Below, one piece after another: positions 23,795 to 36,842 of a stretch of 64,000 nucleotides of DNA. Both the position numbers and the translations under genes were made by a program. The notes beneath the pieces are model-generated. The model did no database searches. It was not told the origin of the DNA and saw nothing but the letters and a program-made list of their open reading frames with translations. This DNA is from Chlorokybus atmophyticus (lineage: Eukaryota > Plantae > Mesostigma and Chlorokybus algae), in assembly GCA_009103225.1 (NCBI GenBank), contig RHPI01002090.1, positions 308,625 to 372,624 on the forward strand, written 5' to 3'. Position 1 is the stretch's first letter, and every line of letters starts with the position of its first letter.

Positions 23795-26700
23795 CTAGTC
23801 AAAGATCTCCTGACGCTCAATCAAACTGTGTTGACTGCAAGAGCATTTCACGTAGGTTAGTCAGTACAGTTGCATGCAAACCATTTGCGCATGGTTGCAA
23901 TAACAGGTTAATGGTTGTGCAGGCACTTACTTGTCATCTTTGGAAACTCTCCAGTAATGCTGCGCATGCTCGCGCTGCCCGATCATGTGTGCAAACTTCT
24001 CGTCGTGCGTGATCACGATGAGCTGAAAGTTGGTCTGCTCCCTTCGGGCGTTCATGATGCTGCAGACAGTAAGCTGTTACGGGAGGCTGTAGAAATTATT
24101 CACCTGATTGTTAGCGCTGGACATGCACACACACGCGCAGTTTACTTGAGAAGGGCCGCAGCCAAGCTTTCCGAGTTTGCAGCATCCAGGTTTGTTGTAG
24201 GCTCATCCAAAGCCAGTATGCCACAGTTGAGACAGAAAGTCTCCGCCAGGGCTAGCCTGATGATCAAGCACGCCAACACCTGCAGGCCACATGCAGTTGA
24301 TGAGGTCACGGACAATTAAACACCGTGGTTTCCCCATGTGTTGTGCACTCACCTTCTGCCCCGCACTGCACCGTCCTCGCATGTCAAGCTCAGCATCACC
24401 GCTCTTCATCACCACCTATGTTTGCAAACAAGTCAGGTGTGCACCATCAAGTGGGGACATGCTGCGCTAAGGCCTACCCTGTAGTTGTAAGAGCGCTGAG
24501 CTGCATTGTCGTTATCTGAGCGGATGGCAATGGACTCAATGTCCTGGCCGCGATACGTCTGCTGCCACAGCTCATGGATGATCTTGTTAATTTCAACCAT
24601 CTTGTTGCTGTGGTAGGAGAGCAGCGCCCTGTAATAAGCAAGACACATCAACAAATTAGCACATACTCATGAGCTGTGCGCTGAAGAGGTTGGCATGGCC
24701 ACATCAGCAAATAGCATACTTGTCCAAGGCTGAATAGTACTTGTCAAGGTCTCTGATGGCCCTCTCTGTGGTCTAAAATTTGCAAAATTGATGTCAGTGC
24801 AATGCCCTCCTGGAGCGAATGCCACTGGGACAGCCTTTGCCGTTGCAAACAGTAACACTGCAGCTTAGGTAAGGTGCAATGCACGACTTGCGATGAGGAT
24901 ACCAATCTACAGAGGATAGCAACCTTTACAGCTTGTTGTTGACGATCACCACTACCATGATGAAATACTGGCACAAACAGTCATAGCAGCTCACCTTGAG
25001 CTGAATCATCTGGTTGCGATGTCTGCGATCAATGTCTTTGTACTGTGACGCACCTAGTTCCCTTTGGTTCTTCAGAAGGTTGCTTTCGTATGCGCTCAGT
25101 GTACCGCGGTTGCGATTTTGCTGCAGCAGTGAACAACGAGTATGCAGCACTCATGGATGCAAGGCAAGCCTTTGGCTGATGAATCCCCAGATTTAGCGAG
25201 TATACCTCATTCCGAAGTTCGTCCACTTCACGCTGATGGCGTTGTGCCTTATGGGTGAAGTCGTCAACCTCACCAACTTGCTGGATGGTATTGCGCTTCT
25301 GCTCGATTTCACTACTGATCCTCTCAATGTCCTTCTTCATTTTTACATATGACAAAGTGTCATCGAGACACCGCTTCAATGAGTCTTGCTGCGACAATTT
25401 TTTTTCTTCTGCCTGCAATGCCTCCTGAGTCTTCTGTATGCGCTCTTCCAGTTTGTCCTGCTCCTGCATGCTGGCGGCGATGTCGGCTGAGATCTTCTCC
25501 AATTGCGCCTTCTTCCCGCTGCGCTCAAACCTGTTCCCACGTAGTATATCAGCACTTATTGCAAACCCACGACTATCTACTTAGCAAGAGTGGTAACAGG
25601 TCTTACTCTTCAACTGATGACATGATGGCCTTTACTTGATCCAAGTCCATTGCCAGCACGCGAAGCTGGTGCTCTTGCTCGGCCTCCAGCTTCTGTGCTG
25701 ACGAGCGTGCTTGTTCACGCTGCCGAGTGAGGCTGTCTTTCTCACGTTCAATTGGAGCGAGGTTGGCTGTTAGTTGCTGCACACAATGGCATGAGCAACG
25801 ATGGCATACGTCCACTTACTCAGATTATCAGGTGCATACAAGCGGCACACCTGTATCTCATCTCGTAGGGACCTCATTTGCGTCTGCAACTCGACTCTCA
25901 GCTTCTTCATGTTCTCTAGCTTCTCGCGTGAAGCATCCAGGCGTTCAATTGCTTGCACTGCTTGCCTAAGCTCAGCCTCCACATTGAGCTTTCGTCGCTC
26001 CGCCACATCTTTTTTGCGTTGCAAGTCTTGCCTTTGCCTATCCTCTACCACCCTGCCAAGAGCATTCCAAGCCCACTCAACAAGTAACCCAAAAGTTCAT
26101 CAACGTGAGGCAGATTACAGGCCTTACCTCTGTTCGCGAGCAGCGTCCAGCTCGGTTGTAACCTGCTCCTTTGTACGGCTTGCAGCAGCACCGGCACCCA
26201 ATCTTGCCTCCTCATCCTTCACCCATCTCTCTAGCGCATCGGTCTCCTTCACAAGCCGGTCAACATTTTCCGCCTCAGCTGCCAGCTTGGTGCATTCTTT
26301 CAACTCGTAGGAAAGCATGTCAACCTCGCCTTGCAGCTGCAACGAGTTCATGCGAGTCAATCACAAGCAAGGCAGGCAGGTGTTGCTTGTGAGGTGTACA
26401 TGTGACTGGTACACATACATCATCCAGGGTGCTTCGCAATTCGTCGCATTTGGCTTCCTTGTCTTTGAGAACTTCAGACTCCAAAGTGATCTCCTTCTGC
26501 AGCTCCTCGGACTGCAGCCACTTTGGCCTCGCGTCCATGAACAGCGCAACATCGCGCTCCAACATTGCAATGCGGTTGTTGGCGTCTTGCATCATGCGAG
26601 GCATAGCACGGTTCTTCTCCTCTTGCTGAACAGAGCAGAGATTGTCATGCCCAAGGTATATGGTAGTGCAAGCTGTTAACAATCACTGCATGCATTCTGC

Positions 26701-29700
26701 AGAACCACACCTCGAGCAGCGACAACACACAACATTACTACTAAGCTACTACACTCATACAGCCTCTTCTCTGGCACACAGGAAGGTATTACCTTGGAGC
26801 AGAACTCATGCACTTGCGAAACGTCAGCAAAGGAGCGTTCACACAACGGACATGCGTGCTGCTCGCGGGCTTTGCGAGTGAACCCAGCAGAAAGCTCCTG
26901 CAATGCTGACAGCATGGACACCTCACTGCAAGCAGATGCGCAGTTAATCCTCTTGCAACCATCGCAAGGCATTACAATTTGCCAACTGATCACTGCAAGC
27001 TCACTCACTCCTTGTACTCCTGCAGCTGCGCCTCAGCAACAGATTTGCCCTCTTCCAACAACTGAACAGCCGTTGGGTCGTCCAAACTTGTTAGACTTCG
27101 AGAAAAGTAATCTTGCAAACTCCCTATGCTGCCCTCGACAGTAATGCGATTGCCTGCAATTCCAAATTGCCTCAATGTCACAGGCGCTGCCATGGATACT
27201 TGAGAACTTGAGACCCTACTGACAAGGGGGATGTATTACTTTGGAGAGTTGCCTGCAGGTCAGCCACCTTCTTGCCAAGTGCTCGAATCTCATATTCAGC
27301 CATAGAGAGCTGCGTGCGTGTGGTTTGCAGGCTGGTTTCTTTCTGGTCCTTCTCTCTCTGCTTCTGACTGCAAAACAGACAAGATGGTGAGTCATTGCAC
27401 AGTGCTCGTTTGCTATGTTGCTACCTCAACACTCGCCTCAGCACGCGCGAAACAGCTGACTTGAAGTCCTGAGCTGAGGGTGTGACGCCGAGCAGATTTT
27501 CAGCAGAACCTTGCGCCCGCTCCATGCTGCAACAGCGTGTTGATGTTAGTGCGATGCACGCAGCGACAGTAGCAACGAAGCTGCAACGACGTCTTAGAGC
27601 GCTGAGTACATCGTAGTGTAGCTCTCCTCCTTCTTCAGCGCTTCAGCTCGTTTGACATCAAGCTTGACGTGCGCCTCCGCTTGTGCCATCATCGCACTGC
27701 TCTCATACTGCAGCTGCGTCTCCAGCTCCTGCAGCTCGCTGATCTTCCTTGTCTTTGCATCAATCAAGGCTGCATAGTTGGTTTTCTCAAACTCGTCCAC
27801 TTGTCTTTGACACTCCAACTCCTGTGACAGTCCCACCCGACATGAGGGGCTGCTTTAACTGAAAGTATGCAGCAGTAGCATACATGTTGGCCGCTTGGAT
27901 TCAAATGGCAGGCTTACCAACCTTTGACCGCTTTGTTCGCACTGCTTCTCGGCAGTCTACTTCTGAGAAGGTGGAGTTGTCAAGATCTTGCTCCAGCTGC
28001 CGCAGATTGCGCTCCTTTTCAGCCTGTTGTAAGAAATGAGAGATCCGCTACCTACGCAGCATCACCTACTGTGGTAATGACCACTTCAAAGCATCCATAT
28101 TCATACCAGCTGCTGCTGCTTGTGCTTGATGTCAGTGTTTGCTTTTGTGTTCTGCTCTGTAGCGCCATCTATCTTGGCTGAAAACTCGTACTCCTTGCGC
28201 CGATGAGCGTCCTGAGTAAACATACAACAGGGCTCAGCAGCGCAGGATGTGCACAATGCTTTTGGTTGCAGGCAAACGTGCATGCCTACCTTGAGTTCTG
28301 TCAAGCCTTTGTTGAAGGCCAGCAACTTAGCATCAGCCTGCCTTCTGAACTCGTTCAGCACGCTGTCTGACAACGGTAGCTTGTCTGCACGAACACTACC
28401 GCCCAGATGCTTGCTGGATATCTGTTGAATGGAGAGGTCTCTCTGCTGCTTCTGTTGACCATGAGCCTGTGCGCAAAGGGCGTGTTTGAGCCTGTGACAA
28501 CTACCACGCATGGGCAACACAGCAGTTATAGGGACACACGCAAAGTTACAGCTACACGGCACAGAGCGCGGCTTACCTCAGCCTCAGCTTGCAACTTGCC
28601 CTGCTGTTTCAGCTTGTTCTCATAAAAGGTTTTGCGAGCAGCAAGCTCTATGCGGTCGTCTCTGAGAAGCGATTCCTGCTTCCCAATTTCCAACTTGAAC
28701 GCCCGCAAAGCACCTTCGAACTGTTGAATCTCGTTGATCAGCTCCTCCTCAGTTTCTGCAAACGCCCAGACTTGTCAGCTCAAATGCATGCCCCATAACT
28801 GTGCATCCCCACACCACATGAAGTGCCCGCACTGACAATTTTGCCGTACGCCAGCTTGATTCATACATGACGTGCCCACTTGACATTTAGCAAGCAGCAA
28901 CAGGGTCTCAAAGCCCCCCAAGACTCGCCTGTTGGTTCGCCATCATCCTCTTCTCTGAGCGGGTTCTGGCGAAGAACCTCCCAGAGGTTCGTGCGTTGGC
29001 GGATGAGCATCGTCTTTTGGGCATCCAGGACTTTCATCTCGTCCTGTAGTGCCTTCACACGCCTGATTTTGCCGTTGTACTCTTCGGCACTCTTGGAACT
29101 CGCACCAATCTGAGCCTCAAGCTCACGAATCTGGTTCCTCAGATGCGTGATTTTGGTAGTATCGTCTTCTATACTCGTTCGGTACTGTACAAGTACATAC
29201 CACGACCTGAGCATATTTGTTTACAGCCGCGATACAATTGTAGGAACAGGCGTACAAGCAATAATGCTGACATGTGTCATGCACAGGTGCAGGTAGTCAC
29301 AACCTTTTCTGCTTGGTCTTTCAAAGTCTGCAAGTTTTGCAGCTTGAGCTTGAACTCTTTTACATCGTGCGTATGCTCGGACTTGAGCTTCTTGATAGCC
29401 TCCAACGCCTTTGTATACCTGCCGTACACTTGCTGATTTAATACAAACACAATAGCTGTGCAAGCATCGGATGTAAAGAGACCTCATGCGCACCTTGTGG
29501 AAGAGAAGATGTCGTCAAACTTCTTTTTCAGCACAGCAGCTTCTGCTAACGGCCAGTTTGCCTCGTCTTGGTGCACAAATATGACGTTCTCCAGTATGGC
29601 CTTTGGAACACCCATCAGCATGCCTACTTGTCTGTCCAAGTCCGCGCAGCGATAGCTAAGCGCCGTTTTCTATGGGTGTATGTTAAGTTGTAAGTAATAA

Positions 29701-30642
29701 TCCGTTGTTACTTACAATTATAACATATTGTAAGTGTGATCTGCTTACAACTATGGCGTAATCCTGCATACGCAATGAATCAAGCACAACAGGAATCAGG
29801 TACCTCATTCAGCTCATTGTACGTCTGCAGGATGCTTTCAATAGCTTTGTACTCCATCTTGGAGGCCTTCTGTGTCAATTGAAAAGACCGAACGCAGACA
29901 ACCGGCTTGCCACTGATGGATCGGAATCGAAGTCGGATCTGCGCCTTAACCTCTGTTTCTCCTGCAATCTGTGGCATATCTCAACATGCAAACTACACAA
30001 GCACGTATGCCCACAATCAATTGTGTTGGCACATAGAACTAAGATGATAAGCATATGTTATATGTTATGTGTGCCCGACCAGGTATGTAACTGGATGCGC
30101 CTAACTGTTGAACTGGTTGTTGTGTGTATTCAGATGTATAGCCACCAACAGGTCGCTATGTTTTGAGTCTGTGGTGTTGACCAGACACATAGCAACCGAT
30201 TGGTGGCATTGACGCTTTCTGTGCAGAACAAGCTATGTTTGCCAAGCATGAGGCACCAGCTGAGAGTGGGATAAAGCTCAGGGAGTCGTACCTTCGGGTC
30301 ATGTATAAACGTCTGACCGGAGCGCGCGTTGGGTGGAAGCTCCCCGGTGCACGCTTGCTTGAGGCACTCAATAACCGTCTGCAACGACAGGTTGCTTGCT
30401 AGCTTCTTTGTTACTTGTGCATGCAACGCAGCACAATCAAACATCGATGTTAAGAGAAGGAAATACTGCCACTTGAAAGTCGAGCAAAAAACTGACAACC
30501 AGACTCGCTTGTCGCTTACCGTTTTGCCGGCGCCATTTGGACCAACAATCAGCGTCAGAGGCTTGTAGAACTCAATGACGCTTTGATTGTTTGGGCTAAA
30601 ACTTCGAATGCCCTTGATGAGCATCTTGTCGATGGTGGCCAT
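23795..30642 (-). CDS. RAD50: DNA repair protein RAD50; many exons
   Basis: Walker A GPNGAGKT; CPLC zinc hook; signature [12 protein letters not shown]; Walker [11 protein letters not shown]; H-loop LIVITHDE; long coiled coils. Confidence 0.98.
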
Positions 30643-31022
30643 CTTGTCAACAGCATCACACTAGCACTGACACCCTGCCTTTGCTTCAAGCACACAACCT
30701 GCTGAAGTGAACGAACAACATGCTTGTGACCAAACTTTCGACTTTGTGGCAACAGGGAAAAGGAGGGCAGGCTGACAGCAACCAATCGGGCAGCATGCAT
30801 GCTGCAGTCAAAGCCACACCCAAGCCTGCCGCAGTTGTGGGGATGCAAGCTACAACCTCAGCTCACGCAGATTAGTACCTGCAGGCGAATACCAACACCG
30901 GTGGTATGTCTCTTCCGTCAGGACCGGCCGAAGATGCGACCGCCGCCCCCACCACCAACGCCGCCGCCGCCGCCACCTCCACAGCGCATGCACTGCCTCT
31001 AGACGGTCTGACGTTGCCGTAA

Positions 31023-31770
31023 ATGGCGCCAAGTAGTAACGTGGTGACTGGCAGGCGACTTGAGTTTGCACAAGGAGCACTGCGCCTGGAGCAGTGTTTT
31101 CCCTGCGTGGCCTACTCAATGTACTTTGCCCACAGCTGCGCTTTCGTGCTATCATCACCAAAGCAGACCAAGCATGTAAGGACGCACCTAGCTTGAAAGT
31201 GCTTGTGCCAGGACATAGGTGCTCTCTGTGCACTCATTGGCAAAGTGCATACGTATTGGTTCCGGTGGGTGAGTGGGTGGGTGGGTGCGTAAATGGGAGG
31301 GTCCTGGGTGCGGGGGCATGCGGGTCGGGGGCATGCGTATCATACAAAAGCGATATGTGAGGGAGATGTAACACAGAAGGCAAGGCATTGTCTATGCACC
31401 CGCACACTGCGCTCATGAACTGTTCTGTGTCAAAGCTGTTGGTCTCTCCGTTCAATGGGGAGCTGGTACGCACATACGTGTCACGTAATGTGAGGCTGAC
31501 AGTTGCACCAGGCTTGGCTGCAATTGAAGGTAAGCAGTAGCTAGCTTGGCTCAACCATGCCTTAGCAACTCCATGTGTTGAGGATGCACATCAGACGTGT
31601 AGTGCAGCAAACTGCACAGTGATATGAGACCTGTTGTCGCACAATAGACAACAAGTACAGTGAACAACAAGATCAGATCAGAAGCATGCAGTTCCATCAC
31701 AACTTCAACTCAAGTAACAACTGCGCAGCACTACTTATTGATCAAAGTTCTAACAGCAGGTCCACGTTAG
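31023..31770 (+). CDS. Possible small hypothetical protein; multi-exon
   Basis: ATG at 31023; open exon ...VAPGLAAIE ending gaag|gtaagc at ~31529; a following exon open to TAG at 31768. No homology recognised. Confidence 0.25.
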
Positions 31771-31850
31771 CTACATGCAAGTGGTCAATGTGTCTGGTAG
31801 CTGTAGAAGGCCATGACAACACATGGGGGTCAGCACCTTTAGCCAGCCCT

Positions 31851-33251
31851 CTACATGGCACAGTATTTGCCGTCTTTGCCAGTGTAGATGACACCATCTA
31901 GCTGCAACTGCGAACCCAGGGCATGCATGTTAGGCATGGGTAATGTTCTTCACTGTGTTGGGAACCGCTGCTTGCAGGTCAATGAGCCAGCACTGCTGTC
32001 TCACAAGCAGCCATTGGCGAGCAACAACGCAGCCTACTTACTTGGTCGAGTGCAGCCTTGATATGCGAATTGAACTGGGGAAAGGCACTTTGTATTTCGG
32101 CTTCACTGCATCCCGGACAATCAGCTATTTTCGCTGCCAACTTACCAGCAACCTCCTCGAGTGTCACTGCAACCACGCAGTTAGTGCTGCTCTGCTGCAC
32201 ACAAGTGGGACAGCTCCTCAGGACGACCGGACTGCTTACCTGGCTCTTGCTTGGGTGGCCTGCGACTCAACTGTGGCACCATGCTGCGTTGCACATGGAA
32301 CCGGCCTAGTTCGGCAGGTTTGTGGTTGACTGCCTTTGCAAACAGCTCTGCAAAGTAATGTTCCTGTGCAAGGATGTGCAAGGATTGCTGTTGAGGAACA
32401 CTGTGCAGTGTAATGCAGCTCTTTACTCAGCCTGGAACCAGAACATGCATAACACCATACCCGGTACAGCTTGACTATCTCAAGTTGTCGCAGAGTTTCG
32501 TAGTTGTCCTCCTTGACATCAATACTAACAGTCAGCCATGTCAGTCTTTGCAGTAGTGCAACAAGCTGAGGCTTCCACAATTGGCCCGTTCAACCATGTG
32601 TGTAGCTGCTGAGCACGTTTAGGGGAAGCGTGCTCACCCATATGCGAGAAGGTACCGCTCCGCCCTGGCAGTACTTGTAGCAATCTCCAACGACCCAATG
32701 AAGTCCACTAGCATGCCAACAACTGGAGGGATGGGACGGAATTGCAACACCTTGAATGGTATCCGCACGCGCATTACAGCCGTTGTGTCGTCTGCGCAAG
32801 CTGGAGTCACCTCGATTGACCCTCACAGGCAGTGCGCTTATTCCATCACATAGCGAGGATCACTGACTCAATGCGCTACAGTAGAGACACTCATGAACGA
32901 GAATCCCGTACCCACGAGCAAGTCCGTGGAGTCAACGTCATTGTGCAGCCCAACAACCACTCCAAGCAGCCTGTTGTCATGACATGCACATGTGTCAGCC
33001 AAGCACCACCGGCACACAGAGATGCGAGCATCAAGTGTGCAGCTGAACATTGCGGTAGGCATCGATTGCAACTTGGGTCTGTGCGTATGTCATTGCGGGA
33101 AAATACCGGAAGAGTACCTCAAACGCTTGAATGTAAACACAGGCCGTCCTGCCTTGAAAGCGTCCCCAACTGCTTCCGCAGACAGGGCGTCTCTCGCCCA
33201 CAGCTTGCGGTGCACCGCAAGCTGAGCAGCACCGTCCTCAGCCTCCGGCAT
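31851..33251 (-). CDS. STN1: STN1-like / RPA32-family OB-fold protein with C-terminal winged helix; multi-exon
   Basis: LLGVVVGL...ADDTTAVMRV...VGMLVDFIGSLE (OB-fold pattern); DNYETLRQLEIVKLYR; terminal LQLDGVIYTGKDGKY. STN1 versus RPA2 is not fully resolved. Confidence 0.6.
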
Positions 33252-34144
33252 CCTTTCCCAGCAGCCACATCCGGCAAGCCCGGCGTCACCTCACGACAAT
33301 GCCAAGCATGCCTTCCACGCGCAACAGCTCGTGCAAGCGGAAACTGCAGCTGACAGCCCGACTAACCCACTCAGCCCTCCCAACCTAGATTCCTCAAGCC
33401 CGTTCCTCTATCGGCATTCCGCCTCCGCCACCACCACGACCGCCGCCGACGGCACCCACGACCGACGCTTCACTGCAAAGGGCGGGAGAGCAGTGCGCGA
33501 CGCCACGTATGCATCTCGCGAACTGCTGTTACGTTAACTCAGTGCTACGAGGCTAACAAACGGGAAACTTCGTCACTACAGCTCGGGTTGACTGCGCCAC
33601 TGACCGTGTTGTCCAGCTGCGATCCGCTGTCAACGCACCCTGCGCCGGTTAAGAATCTCAGTCAGTGTAAACCACTTGCTGTGCTTAGCGCAACAAGCGC
33701 AACTTGGACTTGCTGGTGGCGGCAGTGGCGGTGGCATTGGCGGCGGCGAACGTTGTATTGGGCCTGCGGCGTGCACATAACAGGTGTGTTGCTGTAATGT
33801 ACATGCTATACGCGTGTTAAGCAGATGTGCAACGTAAGCTAGCGCTGTTGCACACAGCTACCGGTTGGTCGATCTACACTTCTGGTTTTGCATGGCTTTT
33901 GTCGAGAACATATGTGGGCGACCTATATTTCACTTCGTTGCGTATTAACATCATCGTGTGTTGCAAACAAGTGCATGCCGTTCCTTTGCATGGGACCATG
34001 CTGACCTAATGCACTTGAACATGGCAATGCTGTGATGTGTTGAGCAAGACATTGCAGTTTCAGGTTGTACTTGTGTATTGACGCTATCTGTAAGCAAGAC
34101 TGGTCGTCTGAAGCGATTTGTTGGTTGAAGTACAGACCTCAGCT

Positions 34145-35867
34145 ATGGCGCTGGTGACAGCCACCACTGTGTCTGCGCCGCTGCTGCTCCGGTCCAAGCA
34201 GACAGTGGCGTCATGCCGCAAGCAGCATAGCCGCCAAACCTTATGTGCACAGCAAGGCAGCGAGCATGACGGGAAAGTGTGCACAAAGCCAAGGTCTTCA
34301 GAGCTGAAGCTGTTGAGCACCGCACCCGTGGTTGGAGTTGCTGCAGGTGCCGGATTTGCACAATTGCTAGTTGTTTGAACAATTGCACAGTACGCCAGTG
34401 GAAACAACAATGTTCCTCACAACGAATCTGTCCTTACAGCTGGTGCTGTCACAAGCTTTCTTGCGCCATATGTGGAACTGGTGAAGGCACAGAACTACCC
34501 GGACTGGCTGATCCACTGGGGTCATCCAGGCAACATGGTAATTTGCTCGTGGAGCATGGCGTGCTCTGATTCAATGACATGGTATAAAATCATAAACATT
34601 ATCGTTTCCTCAGGCTGTCGTCCTGCTTGCTATGGGTGGCTATGGCTCGTACTTAGGCTGGCAGATTCGCACCAGCGGAGATCAGGTGTGCCTTGTTACA
34701 ATGTTACTTGTGGTTTTCAGCCGTCATGAGAGGTCTCTGCACTCATGGATGTTGTTTACAGGCCTGGATTGCCAAAGCAAAGGACTCGCACCCTAAGATC
34801 ATGGCAGGAATGTTCTTCTTCTTCGCTGCTGGTGCAGTTGGCGGGCTCACCTCGCTGCTCACCCAGGGCAAGCCTTTGCTGGAAAGGTACAGTCATGGGT
34901 GCCTATGATACACATTGCACCTTTGGTTGTAGCAGGTTGCCCATGCTTTAGCATGAGTTCTGACCAGACTGTGGTTTTCAGCCCGCATGCTTTAACGGGA
35001 TTGGCGGGGCTGTCACTTCTCGCAGCACAGTCATTGTCTCCTCTGCTGTTTCAGGTACAAGACTGTACATGTCAGTTAGCATTCATGCATGGCAGGTGCA
35101 TTGGCAGTTGTCGGGTTGCCGGGGATTCTGCTGCTCAGCAGTGTTCCACAGGAGCCCAAGCTGCAGTACGCTGCTGCGAGCGCCGTCTCTTCACCATCAA
35201 GCCCTTTGAGCTCTAGGCTAGCTTTCAGCAGTGGTTCCTCGCTGTACCGCTCGCAATTTGCTCGCGGCAGTGTAGCTAGCAAGGCGGTGAGAGGGTCCTC
35301 AAGCGGTCGGTTTAGCAGCCAGCGCGGGCTGCGTGTTGTGGCTCGGGCAACACCGTCTAACCGTGATTCAATTCTGTCCGATGCCATCCAAGAGCCCATA
35401 GCATTTCTCGGCGGGCTGTTTGCGGGTCTGTTGCGCCTGGACCTCAAGGAGGACCCACTCAGGGAGTGGGTTGCCGAGACTGCTGAGAAAGCAGGAGTTG
35501 AGCAGCCTCAGTCAACTGTTGTTAATGATAACGATGAAGACGAGGGGCCCGTAGATATTGCCATTGAGTAGAGTGAATATTCTGCTCCACATTGCAGCAG
35601 CCTGCAGCTATTTCCTGGGCTTTTCAGTCAGTGAAACAGACGTAGTCTTGGAAACAGCAGGCCGCTTTGTACACTCCTTGTAGAGTTATGTGCAATTGCG
35701 TGTGTTCATGTACTAGTATTTGCGCTGATGCTTTTGTTGTTTTTATGTGTCGTGAGCAGGAAAGGCCGGAGTTGCGAACTGCACACGCCTTCCTGGGCTC
35801 AGCGACAATGGCCCTTTTTGTCGTGCATGCCGTATTTGGCCTGCAGCTCGGCCTCAGTCTGCCTTGA
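34145..35867 (+). CDS. Plastid DUF4079-family membrane protein; last exon 35760-35867
   Basis: PDWLIHWGHPGNM|AVVLLAMGGYGSYLGWQIR; HPKIMAGMFFFFAAGAVGG; PHALTGLAGL; last exon ERPELRTAHAFLGSATMALFVVHAVFGLQLGLSL. Confidence 0.85.
35089..35571 (+). CDS. UPF0426-family plastid protein (At1g28150-like), nested on the same strand in the last DUF4079 intron
   Basis: Uninterrupted 160-aa ORF; Ser/Arg-rich transit peptide ending VVARA; conserved EPIAFLGGLFAGLLRLDLKEDPLREWV...DIAIE. Confidence 0.85.
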   Translation: MAGALAVVGLPGILLLSSVPQEPKLQYAAASAVSSPSSPLSSRLAFSSGSSLYRSQFARGSVASKAVRGSSSGRFSSQRGLRVVARATPSNRDSILSDAIQEPIAFLGGLFAGLLRLDLKEDPLREWVAETAEKAGVEQPQSTVVNDNDEDEGPVDIAIE

Positions 35868-36842
35868 GGCGGACTTTTCGTATTGCTGGTGTCGCAGTTG
35901 ACAGGGCACATTGCCCAAAGTCAGTTATTGTTGTTGTTGTTAATGTTTTGCAGGGTTATTGCGATCATACTGGTAGACACCTCAATTTGCACGCCATCAG
36001 TGACAACCTCTTAAATTTTGTGCCAATCGTGCACAGACATGCGCCGCAAACTCTGTCTCGATACAGTCAAGTCTGAATGTCATTTGCTTTTGTGCCCAAC
36101 AATACACGACAACCGCACAAACAGCCCCACAGTACACAATGCACCCACTACTGCACTACTCTCACACCATCCCCGCCAACCAAATTTTGCTCCGTCATCA
36201 GCCTTGACGCTGTGCGTGTGCTGATCGCGGCTGCCATAGAGTGCACACTTGCATGTCCATCGCAACAGATTAGTAATGAGAAACATATACAGATATAGTG
36301 TACAGGAAATTGTAGGCGCCATTGCGTGCATGCATTATTGCAACACACGCGTTTGAACATGATGCACAATGCACATTGACAGCGCATGTCAACATACTCA
36401 CCTACTTTACACATGTTCGACCACCGGGCTACCTACCCTACGCACTCTGCTCCTACCCCACCCTGTTAGTCATGCCAGCATGCATGTGCAGCCCTTGTTA
36501 CATCATCGCCACCACGCACTCTATCGTTCGTCCTGCCGAGAACTTCCTGTTGGCGTGCCGTCGCTGTCCTGCGGGGGGGCGGGCGGGGGGGGGGAGGACC
36601 CCAACAATTGTGTACAACAAGTTGTGGTTGGTCTGCCACACTGTAGCAAAAAGTATTGTCAAGTCCAAAACAGAAAAATAGCACACCTCGTGTACATTAT
36701 ATAAGCACAGAGTATGGATATTCGCCTAGCAACAATAACTGTTCAGTTCCCAGCCTCGCTGGTTAGTGCTGCTGGCTTCACGTCTGTACAAAACAATACC
36801 AAACAGTCATGTCCAGTTATTACCAGGTCGCATGCCAACAGC

